In this document: piece after piece, positions 9,324 to 17,080 of the stretch | Layout: each line of letters starts with the position of its first letter | How positions within the stretch are numbered: position 1 is the stretch's first letter | From: Sedimenticolaceae bacterium | GTDB taxonomy: Bacteria; Pseudomonadota; Gammaproteobacteria; Chromatiales; Chromatiaceae | Assembly (NCBI GenBank): GCA_050292235.1 | Contig: JBNKLG010000037.1 | Span: forward strand, 1-24,710 | DNA: 24,710 bases | Direction of reading: 5' to 3' | Position numbers and translations under genes: made by a program | Notes under the pieces: model-generated | Seen by the model: the letters and a program-made list of their open reading frames with translations, nothing else | What the model was told of the DNA's origin: nothing | Databases searched by the model: none

Positions 9324-11789
9324 TTATGCGGCAACCATTTGTCCTACGTCCTTGTGGTTTGCCTCTTTGTGGGCGACCTCTCTCTTTTGCACCTCATTCC
9401 AGGCGATTGCTTTGCGATCCACTTCCTGATGAATGGGTTCTCCAGATATCTTGAACTGACCCACCAGTCTGAATAGGCCGTCGCCCAGTTGCGCCAGCAT
9501 CTCGCTGGAGACGGCGGTCTGTTCTGCACCAGCGGCCGTGCTGCCCGTGGCCTGGGAGATGCGGGTGATATTCTGGGCGATCTGCTCAGTCACCACCGCC
9601 TGTTCTTCGCTGGCACTGGCGATCTGAGTGGTCATGCCCATGAGTTTCCCCATCGCCTCTTCGATGCTGAGGAAGGCATTTTGGGTCTGCTCTGACAGCT
9701 GGGCCGTTTCATCGATATCCGTGCTATTTTGTTTCAGCAGTTCAACCGTTTCTGTACTGCGTTCCTGCAGAGACTCGACGATGGTGCGGATCTCTTCGGT
9801 AGACTCCTGGGTTTTCATCGCCAGGTTACGCACTTCACTGGCTACCACCGCAAAGCCGCGACCATATTCTCCGGCCCGGGCAGCCTCAATGGCGGCGTTC
9901 AGGGCCAGTAGATTAGTCTGTTCGGCCACACCCCGGATCACATCCAGTACGGAGCCCACGCTGTCGCTATCCTTCTGTAATGCCTCGATCACCCGATGGG
10001 ACTCTTGCACACGGTCTGCAAGATGGCGAACTGCGGCGGCACTCTTGAGAACAATGGCTTTGCCATTTTCCACCTGACCTTCCGCAAAGTTGGCTGAATC
10101 AGCAGTGGCCTGGGTACTCTCGGCTACCTGCTTGACGCTGACGGTCATCTGATCGATGGCGGTGGCCACCTGTTGCACATCCTCTTGCTGAGCTGCCACG
10201 TTATTACGCGTATCCAGCGTTACTGCCGACAGCTCTTCCGAACTGGTGGTCAATTCAGCGGTCGAGCCGTTGATCTCTTGCATGATGCCATCGATCTTTT
10301 CGACAAAGTGGTTGAAGGCACCGGCCAGTTGACCCAATTCATCCTTGGCGCTGGCATCCAGGCGCACGGTGAGGTCACCGGAGCCGCTGGAGATGTCCTT
10401 CATGGAAGCCACGATACGTTCCAGAGGGCAGATGATGGCCCGGCTGAAGACCCAGCCCAAGACACCACTGAGGAGCGTCAGAACCGCGGCGGTGCCGCCA
10501 ATCAGAAGCATCGTCTCATGGTGCATCTCGTGGGCCGAGGCAAAGGCTTCGGCCTCATCGATTTCCGCCAGGATGGCCCAGTGGCGACCATTGATCTCCA
10601 GCGGTTTGTAGGCCGACAGCACGGGCACGCCGCGGTAGTCATCAAAGATTTCGAAACCGGTTACCCCATCCATGGCTTTTTTTGCGCCGGAAGAGGTAAC
10701 GGTCTGCAAACCGATCACTGTCTGCTTGTCTTGGATGGCCTTGAGGGTAGTGTCATCGATACCAGCTGTCTTCAGAGCCGCCACAAAATCCTTGGGGGCT
10801 TCCATCCAAAAGCGGCTTTGGCTGCGCATCTTGTAATCAGGACCCACCAGATAGGTTTCGCCACTCTCACCCATCCCCTCCTCTTTCCAACGGCCATGAC
10901 TGGTCATGACAGCGTTGATCTTATCGATGGGCAACTGAAAGGCGATCACGCCAATGCGCTTGCCGTGGTCAAATACCGGCGCAGCCATGAAAGCGGCAGG
11001 ATCCTGATAGGAGGGCAGATAGGGTGAGAAGTCTGTCATATAGGTTTTACCTTCACCTGCAGCCATGGCACCGCGATAGGCATCTGCCAAGCCAGAATCT
11101 GCATAGGGACCGTTTTTGAGAGAGGTGGCAAAGTCCAGCTCTTTGAACACGGAATAGACCACTTCGCCGGTATTGGCATCGATAAGGAAGATATCGTAAT
11201 AACCAAACCGCTCCTGCAGTGTCTTGAAGCTCTTGTGATATTCGGCATGCAATCGGGAGTAGGCAGAGTCATCAGCACTCTTTTCCATCCGATCTTTCTC
11301 ACCCACCAGGTTGGGGTTCTTCAGGATATAGCGATATTGCAGAGGAACAGCGGAGTCATTCAGCTTGGCATAAATACCAGCCACATCAGCCCGCTCCCCG
11401 GCGTTGTGTTTGGCATACTCCGGACCAAAGATATTGGTGTAATACTCCTTCACTGCCTCTTTTTCCTGGGCCACATTGGCGCCAACATCCTGGGCCATGG
11501 CCTGGAAAGCGGAAGTCAGTTGCGTGATGGCATCTATCGTTGAACGATCTTCCGAATAGGCAATCGCCTGATCTTTGATCATCGCAAAATAGTCACTGAT
11601 CTGGGTTGCCCGACTCTCGCGCAGCAGGATCAGTTTGGCCTGGCCTTCGGCATGCAGTGCCTCTTCCGCCTTATTGAGCGCATTCCAGCCAATCAGGGAA
11701 CTGGCTATAACAGCGGGCACCAGTGCCAGAACAATGCTGCCTACCCTGAGTTTTGTCTTAATCTTCATCGTCGTTGTACCTGTATTCAT
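9324..11789 (-). CDS. methyl-accepting chemotaxis protein with periplasmic (d)Cache-type sensor, HAMP and MCP signalling domain
   Basis: 821 aa. N-terminal TM helix, ~270-aa periplasmic ligand-binding region, second TM helix, HAMP, then a conserved MCP signalling region ([31 protein letters not shown]). An alternative start at the second Met (11768, MKIKTKL...) is equally plausible. Confidence 0.88.
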   Translation of the reverse strand: MNTGTTTMKIKTKLRVGSIVLALVPAVIASSLIGWNALNKAEEALHAEGQAKLILLRESRATQISDYFAMIKDQAIAYSEDRSTIDAITQLTSAFQAMAQDVGANVAQEKEAVKEYYTNIFGPEYAKHNAGERADVAGIYAKLNDSAVPLQYRYILKNPNLVGEKDRMEKSADDSAYSRLHAEYHKSFKTLQERFGYYDIFLIDANTGEVVYSVFKELDFATSLKNGPYADSGLADAYRGAMAAGEGKTYMTDFSPYLPSYQDPAAFMAAPVFDHGKRIGVIAFQLPIDKINAVMTSHGRWKEEGMGESGETYLVGPDYKMRSQSRFWMEAPKDFVAALKTAGIDDTTLKAIQDKQTVIGLQTVTSSGAKKAMDGVTGFEIFDDYRGVPVLSAYKPLEINGRHWAILAEIDEAEAFASAHEMHHETMLLIGGTAAVLTLLSGVLGWVFSRAIICPLERIVASMKDISSGSGDLTVRLDASAKDELGQLAGAFNHFVEKIDGIMQEINGSTAELTTSSEELSAVTLDTRNNVAAQQEDVQQVATAIDQMTVSVKQVAESTQATADSANFAEGQVENGKAIVLKSAAAVRHLADRVQESHRVIEALQKDSDSVGSVLDVIRGVAEQTNLLALNAAIEAARAGEYGRGFAVVASEVRNLAMKTQESTEEIRTIVESLQERSTETVELLKQNSTDIDETAQLSEQTQNAFLSIEEAMGKLMGMTTQIASASEEQAVVTEQIAQNITRISQATGSTAAGAEQTAVSSEMLAQLGDGLFRLVGQFKISGEPIHQEVDRKAIAWNEVQKREVAHKEANHKDVGQMVAA

Positions 11790-11931
11790 GTCTGAAAAGG
11801 AAGTGTTGTGAATTAGCCATCTCTGTTGATGTCATCTCCTTGCGCTTTCATGCCTCCTCCTTTTCAGGAGTTGATGAACTGTTATGTCAATCATTCAATG
11901 CTGCAATCTGCGAATCACTCAGGCATAAACC

Positions 11932-12519
11932 TCAGGTTTTCACCGCCAGGATCCAGACCAAAGCCTTCAATGTATTCAAAATGATGTGCCGGTTGGTCGG
12001 GCTTTCAGCGGAATAGAGCGACATGAGTTCCCGCATCTCTTTTGGAAACGCCATACAGACCGGGTCGTCGGTCACATGTTGTTCGTCCATCCAGCCATGC
12101 CGATGCTGGGCATAGGATTCGCAGCGCCTGGCCATGACATCGTCAATAAGAAAACAGGAAGTATCCAGGTACTCCTGAACCCTTCTCACAGACAACCCCA
12201 TTGCCTTGGCCAATGGCGCCAGCTCACCGTTCGATTGATCCACCAGACGAGAGAAATTCTGATGACGAATGGCCTGAAGATCCCGATCTGAAGAGCGAAT
12301 CGGCCCCAAACCGAACATGAGCCAGCAGGGCGATGTTTCTGTGGCATTGGCGATCTTCAACACATCATCCGGCCCCGGTGTTGAGACCCCAGCCTCGTAG
12401 TTCCCCAGCCGCGATGCCTTCCAGTCAGGAATGCGATGCAACAGCGAAGCCTGGGTGTCACATTTCGCCATGTGCCTTGCCAACTTGATGCGACCAGGAA
12501 TTTTCTCTTTTTCGTTCAT
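11932..12519 (-). CDS. XRE-family (Cro/CI-type HTH) transcriptional regulator with ~130-aa C-terminal domain of unknown function, paralog 1
   Basis: 195 aa. N-terminal HTH (GRIKLARHMAKCDTQASLLHRIP...GNYEAGVSTPGPDDVLKIANATETSPCWLMFG). ~60-65% identical along its entire length to the ORF at 12805-13428. Confidence 0.8.
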   Translation of the reverse strand: MNEKEKIPGRIKLARHMAKCDTQASLLHRIPDWKASRLGNYEAGVSTPGPDDVLKIANATETSPCWLMFGLGPIRSSDRDLQAIRHQNFSRLVDQSNGELAPLAKAMGLSVRRVQEYLDTSCFLIDDVMARRCESYAQHRHGWMDEQHVTDDPVCMAFPKEMRELMSLYSAESPTNRHIILNTLKALVWILAVKT

Positions 12520-12545
12520 GATCCATAGCCTAGTTCAGGCGCCCC

Positions 12546-12570
12546 AAATTTACAAGTTTCTTGTAAATTT
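12546..12570. promoter_or_regulatory. palindromic operator-like site AAATTTACAAG-ttt-CTTGTAAATTT
   Basis: Perfect 11-bp inverted repeat with a 3-bp spacer, 27 bp upstream of the paralog-1 start codon. Lies between the predicted -10 and the ATG, so it would act as a roadblock. Confidence 0.45.
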
Positions 12571-12583
12571 ATTGTATATCTTG

Positions 12584-12612
12584 ATTATATGATTTTCTAA
12601 TATTCCTTTGAA
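12584..12612 (-). promoter_or_regulatory. candidate sigma70 promoter for XRE paralog 1
   Basis: Minus strand: TTCAAA (-35, 4/6), a 17-bp spacer, then TATAAT (perfect -10, plus 12584-12589). Located in a ~285-bp AT-rich spacer. Confidence 0.4.
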
Positions 12613-12804
12613 AAGGCAGGCAAACCGTTCATGACAAGACCTAACAAATTGATTGAAAAAAACGAATTTCTGGGTTATTCAGCCGATATCGGCAGATTTA
12701 ACGAGGGGAGGATTCGGCAACAGAAGTGGTTAAGCGAACCATAAAGCCAACCGGTGTAGCTGGCAGCATAGCGCCTTTATTCGGAAGGATAAGCGGAATG
12801 GAGT

Positions 12805-13428
12805 TTATCGTGGATTGTTTAAGGATGGCGTATCGTCTACCAGGGCCTGCCAGCCCAGGGCAGCAGCCATGGCCTTGACGGTCTCCAGGATCACGCGGCG
12901 GTTGTTGGTGTTTTCGTCAGAGTAGATCATCATCAGCTCGCGCATGTCCTCGGGAAAGGCCATACACATAGGATCGTCGGCAATATGCTGCTCATCCATC
13001 CAGCCCATTTTGCGCTGGGTAAAACTTTCGCAGGCCCTGGCCATATCGTCTTCGATCAATTGAAAGGGGTTTTCCAGATAGTTCTGAAGCTGTTTCCTGC
13101 TGATTTTCAAAGTCTTGGCCAACAGGGTCTGGGATTCCTCCATCTGCTCCACCAGACGAATGAGGTTCTGGTGGCGAATGGCCTGAAGGTCGCGGGAAGA
13201 GGGTCGGATTGGCCCAAGGCCAAACATCAGCCAGCAGGGTGAGGTTTCGGTGGCTTGGGCAATCTTCAGAATATCGTCTGGCCCTGGGGTAGAGACACCA
13301 GCCTCGTAGTTGCCCAGGCGTGAGGGTTTCCATTCAGGAATACGCTTCAACAGCGCGGCCTGGGTCTCCAGACCTGCCATGCGCCGCGCCTGTTTGATGC
13401 GGCCGGGGATATGTTCGCTGACACTCAT
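12805..13428 (-). CDS. XRE-family HTH transcriptional regulator, paralog 2
   Basis: 207 aa. Same architecture as 11932-12519 (HIPGRIKQARRMAGLETQAALLKRIP...SPCWLMFG, then a conserved C-terminal domain). Divergent from the rtcB promoter. Confidence 0.8.
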   Translation of the reverse strand: MSVSEHIPGRIKQARRMAGLETQAALLKRIPEWKPSRLGNYEAGVSTPGPDDILKIAQATETSPCWLMFGLGPIRPSSRDLQAIRHQNLIRLVEQMEESQTLLAKTLKISRKQLQNYLENPFQLIEDDMARACESFTQRKMGWMDEQHIADDPMCMAFPEDMRELMMIYSDENTNNRRVILETVKAMAAALGWQALVDDTPSLNNPR

Positions 13429-13459
13429 GGGGAGTTAGCCTAATGAAATCCCTTCAATA

Positions 13460-13476
13460 TTTCAAGAAACTTGAAA
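13460..13476. promoter_or_regulatory. palindromic operator-like site TTTCAAG-aaa-CTTGAAA (same CAAG-N3-CTTG core as 12546-12570)
   Basis: 7-bp perfect inverted repeat with a 3-bp spacer. Located 32 bp upstream of the paralog-2 ATG and 6 bp upstream of the -35 of the divergent + strand promoter. Confidence 0.4.
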
Positions 13477-13482
13477 AACCCA

Positions 13483-13510
13483 TTGACAACCTTGAGCACA
13501 GCCCTATAAT
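13483..13510 (+). promoter_or_regulatory. strong sigma70-type promoter (TTGACA-16 bp-TATAAT) driving the rtcB leader
   Basis: Perfect consensus -35 (13483-13488) and -10 (13505-13510) hexamers with a 16-bp spacer. It is the only plausible promoter upstream of rtcB. Confidence 0.6.
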
Positions 13511-13657
13511 GCGCCCCATGATGAACTCAACCACACACATATCCCTTCTCTTCTGCCCGGCGGCCCAAACGGCTGTGGACAGCATCGAGGAGAACATGAT
13601 CTAAGGCCCCGCGTCTTCATTGCCACGGGGTCAATAACCCCGTGGGCCTGGAAAAAA

Positions 13658-13689
13658 CCCGGTCGACGGATTGTCGCCCGGGTTTTTTT
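13658..13689 (+). terminator. intrinsic terminator-like hairpin plus U7 inside the rtcB 5' leader (candidate attenuator, or 3' end of a ~170-nt sRNA)
   Basis: Stem CCCGGuCGAC / GUCGcCCGGG (9 bp with one mismatch, 5-nt loop), immediately followed by TTTTTTT (13683-13689) and preceded by A6. It lies 44 nt upstream of the rtcB ATG and ~170 nt downstream of the predicted TSS. A second hairpin CCACGGGG-N7-CCCCGTGG is at 13623-13645. Confidence 0.55.
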
Positions 13690-13733
13690 ATGCCATTCAC
13701 AGGTGCCCGGGCGAAATAAAAAGGAGAATCGCC

Positions 13734-14933
13734 ATGGCCATTCAACACACCTTCAACAAGGGCCGAGTACCGGTCCACGTCTGGACCCAGGATATCGAAT
13801 CCAGCGCCATCGACCAGTTGGTGAATGTCTCGCGACTGGAGATCGTGCATCCCCATGTGGCGGCCATGCCCGATGTCCATGCCGGTATCGGTGCCACCGT
13901 CGGTTCGGTGATCCCGACCCGCAGCGCCATCATTCCGGCGGCAGTGGGCGTGGATATCGGTTGCGGTATGAACGCCATTCGGCTGTCGCTGAAGGCGGAG
14001 CAGTTACCCGATTCGCTGCATCGGTTGCGCAATCGGCTGGAAGCCGCCATCCCGGTGGGGTTCGATCAGCATAAAAAGGATCCGGTGAAACGCTCCACCA
14101 TCACGCCGCTGGCCAAGGGTCTGGAGGTGATCGAGGATCGCCACCCTGCCATTGTCCGCATGCAGAAGAAGCGTCCTTACCACACCTGGGTGCGCCAGCT
14201 GGCCACCCTGGGGGGCGGCAACCACTTCATCGAGCTGTGTCTGGATGAGGCGGATGCGGTCTGGGTGATGCTGCACTCGGGCAGCCGGGGCATCGGCAAC
14301 ATCATCGGCCGCTATTTCATCTCCCTGGCACAGAAGGAGATGGCAGAGCAGCTGGGCAATCTGCCCCATAAGGATCTGGCCTACTTCAGTGAAGGATCGC
14401 GCCATTTCGATGACTATGTGGCGGCGGTCTACTGGGCGCAGGACTACGCCATGAGCAACCGCCGGGAGATGATGCGCATCATCCTGGAGGCGCTGCAAAA
14501 AGATCTGCCGCGGTTTGAGGTGAGCAAGGAGGCGATCAACTGCCACCACAACTATGTGGCGCAGGAACGGCACTTTGGCGCGGATGTCTATGTCACGCGC
14601 AAGGGTGCCATCCGGGCGGGCGAAGGCGAGCTGGGGATCATCCCCGGCTCCATGGGGGCTCGCTCCTATATCGTTCGCGGCAAGGGTAATGCGGACTCTT
14701 TCTGCTCCTGCTCCCACGGGGCCGGACGCCGCATGTCCCGCAGTGCAGCCAAGCGGCGCTTCAATGCCGACGACCTGGAGCAGCAGACCCAGGGGATCGA
14801 GTGCCGCAAGGACAAGGGGGTGATCGATGAGATCCCCGGTGCCTACAAGGACATCGACCAGGTCATGGCCAACCAGTCAGACCTGGTCGAAGTGGTGCAC
14901 ACCCTGAAACAGGTGCTCTGCATCAAGGGATAG
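13734..14933 (+). CDS. rtcB: RNA-splicing ligase RtcB (3'-phosphate/2',3'-cyclic phosphate RNA ligase)
   Basis: 399 aa from the ATG at 13734 (AAAAGGAGAA SD 7 nt upstream), preferred over the ORF-track start at 13671. Hallmark motifs MPDVHAGIG, GGGNHFIE, HSGSRGIGN, CHHNY and SHGAGR. Confidence 0.92.
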   Translation: MAIQHTFNKGRVPVHVWTQDIESSAIDQLVNVSRLEIVHPHVAAMPDVHAGIGATVGSVIPTRSAIIPAAVGVDIGCGMNAIRLSLKAEQLPDSLHRLRNRLEAAIPVGFDQHKKDPVKRSTITPLAKGLEVIEDRHPAIVRMQKKRPYHTWVRQLATLGGGNHFIELCLDEADAVWVMLHSGSRGIGNIIGRYFISLAQKEMAEQLGNLPHKDLAYFSEGSRHFDDYVAAVYWAQDYAMSNRREMMRIILEALQKDLPRFEVSKEAINCHHNYVAQERHFGADVYVTRKGAIRAGEGELGIIPGSMGARSYIVRGKGNADSFCSCSHGAGRRMSRSAAKRRFNADDLEQQTQGIECRKDKGVIDEIPGAYKDIDQVMANQSDLVEVVHTLKQVLCIKG

Positions 14934-15099
14934 GGACAAGATGCTCAGGGATGAGCGCGATTTTGGCCACTTGCTTCGGCAAGGGCCACACCAGTTCGAA
15001 GATGACCTGAATCGTCTCAGCGGTACGGTTTCCAACAGCCGTCCGGTGCGGCCCAGCCCTGCTGGGAACGTATACCGAGAGATCCAGGACTTCGAAGCC

Positions 15100-15172
15100 G
15101 GAGAGTTAGCTCAGTTGGGAGAGCAACGAAATCATCATTCGTCTGTCGGAGGTTCGACTCCTCCACTCTTGC
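15100..15172 (+). tRNA. tRNA-like cloverleaf, anticodon CAU (Met/Ile2-type), atypical; possible pseudo-tRNA or tRNA-mimic ncRNA
   Basis: Manually folded. Acceptor GGAGAGT / ACTCTTG has a G1-G72 mismatch and a G2-U71 wobble. U8. D-arm GCTC-AGTTGGGA-GAGC with G18 G19. Perfect 5-bp anticodon stem ACGAA/TTCGT with loop AUCAUCA (U33, CAU, but C at position 37). 5-nt variable loop. T-arm GGAGG-TTCGACT-CCTCC. No encoded CCA. Confidence 0.45.
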
Positions 15173-15194
15173 ACTTCGGTAAAGGCCAAAAGCC

Positions 15195-15219
15195 TGGGGT
15201 TCGAATCCCCATTTAGCAG
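15195..15219 (+). other. orphan tRNA T-arm plus 3' acceptor-like fragment (TGGGG-TTCGAAT-CCCCA-TTTAGCA)
   Basis: Canonical B-box/T-loop GGTTCGAATCC followed by a 7-nt acceptor-like strand. No complementary 5' acceptor strand, D-arm or anticodon arm upstream. It sits 23 nt after the tRNA-like element. Confidence 0.3.
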
Positions 15220-15483
15220 TACCCGTTGGGTGAGCCCAGCAAGACAGAGCATCGTCTTGCAGCGCCATTCCGGCCCGAATGATGGCTACAAAGCGCGACC
15301 AGCCAGCAGCCCATTTGAGATGACATGAGCGGAGCTCAATCCGATGCAGGAGGCATCACCATCGAGAATCCGCTGTTGGCCCGTCAAGCCCAGTACCCTC
15401 ATCCGCCGGATTGGCGTGGGCGAGCCCGGCATCAAACTGCGCCGTTCACAAAACGGAAACCACTCACAAATAAGGAGAAGACA

Positions 15484-16644
15484 ATGTTCGCTTACAAGCG
15501 TGTCGTTATCGGTGACCACGAACGTGGTCTGCACATGAAGAACAAGCGGTTCCAGGGCATTCTGGGACCGGGCGTCCACCGCTATTGGGATTGGTTGAAT
15601 CGGCAGAAGGTCGAGGTGTTCGACACCACCGAGGCCGAGTTCACCCACCCCCAGCGGGATGCCCTGTTCAAGGCCCACGAGGCCGTCATGACTGAGCAGT
15701 TGCAGAAGATCGAGCTGAGCGCTCATCAGGTGGGTCTGGTCTATAAGAATGGCCGACTGAGTGGCGTTCTGCCCCCAGAGAGCCGCGTGGCCTACTGGCT
15801 TGAGCCGGTAGAGGTGCGGGTCGAGATCCTGGATATCGCCGAAGATTACCGTCTGCCCCAGAAACTGGCCATGCAGCTGGTTCACGGCAGCATCGGCAGC
15901 GATCTGGGCCGGGCGGCAGCCAACCTGCTCCGCTTCGCCCTGGTGGCCGAGCGTCATGTTGGCCTGCTGTTTGTCGATGGCGTGCTGGTCACTACCTTGC
16001 AGCCCGGTCTGCACGCCTTCTGGCGCTTCAACCGCGACATCAAGGTGGAGCAGGTGGACAGCCGGGTTCAGGCTATGGAGGTTCAGGGCCAGGAGATCCT
16101 GACCAAGGACAAGGTCAGCCTGCGAATCAACCTGTCGGCCAACTACCGGGTGACGGATCCGGTGATGGCGGTGACCGAGCTGGGCAACTTCAGCGATCAC
16201 CTTTATCGGGCCTTGCAGTTCGGTCTGCGCCAGGCCATCGGTGCCCGTAGCCTGGACATCCTGCTGGCCAACAAGGACGACCTGGATCAGGAGATCCTGC
16301 GTTCTGTTTCCACCCAGGTTGAGCACTACGGCCTGCGGCTGGATGGCGTTGGGGTCAAGGATCTGATCCTGCCCGGCGACATGAAGGAGATCCTCAACCA
16401 GGTGGTCGAGGCCGAGAAAGTGGCCCAGGCCAATGTCATCAAGCGGCGTGAAGAGACGGCGGCCACCCGCTCTCTGCTCAACACGGCGCGACTGATGGAG
16501 GAGAACCCGACCCTGCTGCGACTGAAGGAGCTGGAGACCCTGGAAAAGCTGACCGAAAAGGTCGGCAACCTGACCGTCTTCGGCGGCCTGGATGGTCTGA
16601 TGCAGGAGATGGTTCGCATCCAGGTTCCGGCCAAGGGTCATTAG
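15484..16644 (+). CDS. SPFH/band-7 (slipin/stomatin-like) domain protein
   Basis: 386 aa from the ATG at 15484 (AAGGAG SD at -12 to -7). SPFH core (QEILTKDKVSLRINLSANYRVTDP...IGARSLDILLANKDDL...GVKDLILPGDMKEIL), then an Ala/Glu-rich coiled-coil tail. The ORF-track upstream extension lacks an RBS. Confidence 0.82.
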   Translation: MFAYKRVVIGDHERGLHMKNKRFQGILGPGVHRYWDWLNRQKVEVFDTTEAEFTHPQRDALFKAHEAVMTEQLQKIELSAHQVGLVYKNGRLSGVLPPESRVAYWLEPVEVRVEILDIAEDYRLPQKLAMQLVHGSIGSDLGRAAANLLRFALVAERHVGLLFVDGVLVTTLQPGLHAFWRFNRDIKVEQVDSRVQAMEVQGQEILTKDKVSLRINLSANYRVTDPVMAVTELGNFSDHLYRALQFGLRQAIGARSLDILLANKDDLDQEILRSVSTQVEHYGLRLDGVGVKDLILPGDMKEILNQVVEAEKVAQANVIKRREETAATRSLLNTARLMEENPTLLRLKELETLEKLTEKVGNLTVFGGLDGLMQEMVRIQVPAKGH

Positions 16645-16662
16645 GCTGGATTCACCACAACC

Positions 16663-16683
16663 CCGGCCCCGTGATGGGGCCGG
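16663..16683 (+). terminator. GC-rich hairpin after the SPFH gene (no U-tract)
   Basis: CCGGCCCC-gtgat-GGGGCCGG (8-bp perfect stem), 19 nt after the SPFH stop. Not followed by Ts, so it is more likely a stabiliser or attenuator than a strong terminator. Confidence 0.3.
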
Positions 16684-16708
16684 ATCGATACCAACTCAGG
16701 AGAAAAAC

Positions 16709-17080
16709 ATGTCTGAACAACCCCATCGACAGAGAAATCCCATCGCCCGCTCACCCCTGCTGCGAAAAGGAGGTATACATGAACGCAAACCCTCCGGACA
16801 CCGGCAGGATGAGAAAATCGCCTTGCGTGAGGAACTGGACGTATATCTGTTGGAACAGAAAGAGGCCGAAGAGGTTTTTTCAGCCCCGCAGACTATCGTT
16901 CCAGTAGAGCCAATAGCAGATACTGACGCTTCAGGTCCAACTGGAGAAAATGCAACACCCAACCTCCGCAGCCCCATAGAGAAGCTCGCAAGGCTGGTTT
17001 TCTTTCTTATTCTCCTCCTTCCTTGCCGAAAGCCGTTTGCTCGCTTCACTGCACTCGGCAATACGTCCCCCAAACTGTGA
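16709..17080 (+). CDS. hypothetical small basic protein (questionable; 3' third is antisense to the YidD-like gene)
   Basis: 123 aa. AGGAGA SD 6 nt upstream of the ATG. Basic, low-complexity N-terminus with one C-terminal hydrophobic segment. Overlaps 16931-17239(-) by 150 nt, so at most one of the two is fully correct. Confidence 0.3.
   Translation: MSEQPHRQRNPIARSPLLRKGGIHERKPSGHRQDEKIALREELDVYLLEQKEAEEVFSAPQTIVPVEPIADTDASGPTGENATPNLRSPIEKLARLVFFLILLLPCRKPFARFTALGNTSPKL

Noticed and set aside
13617-13880. 87-aa minus-strand ORF overlapping the rtcB start and leader
   Set aside because: It overlaps the strongly supported rtcB N-terminus and the terminator hairpin, and has no RBS or motif. 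It is an artefact.
14941-15216. 91-aa + strand ORF immediately after rtcB (and the 15017-15268 minus ORF)
   Set aside because: It runs straight through the tRNA-like cloverleaf and T-arm fragment. It has no SD and an odd composition. The region is better explained as non-coding structured RNA.
15325-15483. 53-codon N-terminal extension of the SPFH ORF in the ORF track
   Set aside because: There is no RBS at 15325. A strong AAGGAG SD precedes the internal ATG at 15484, and the SPFH homology begins there.
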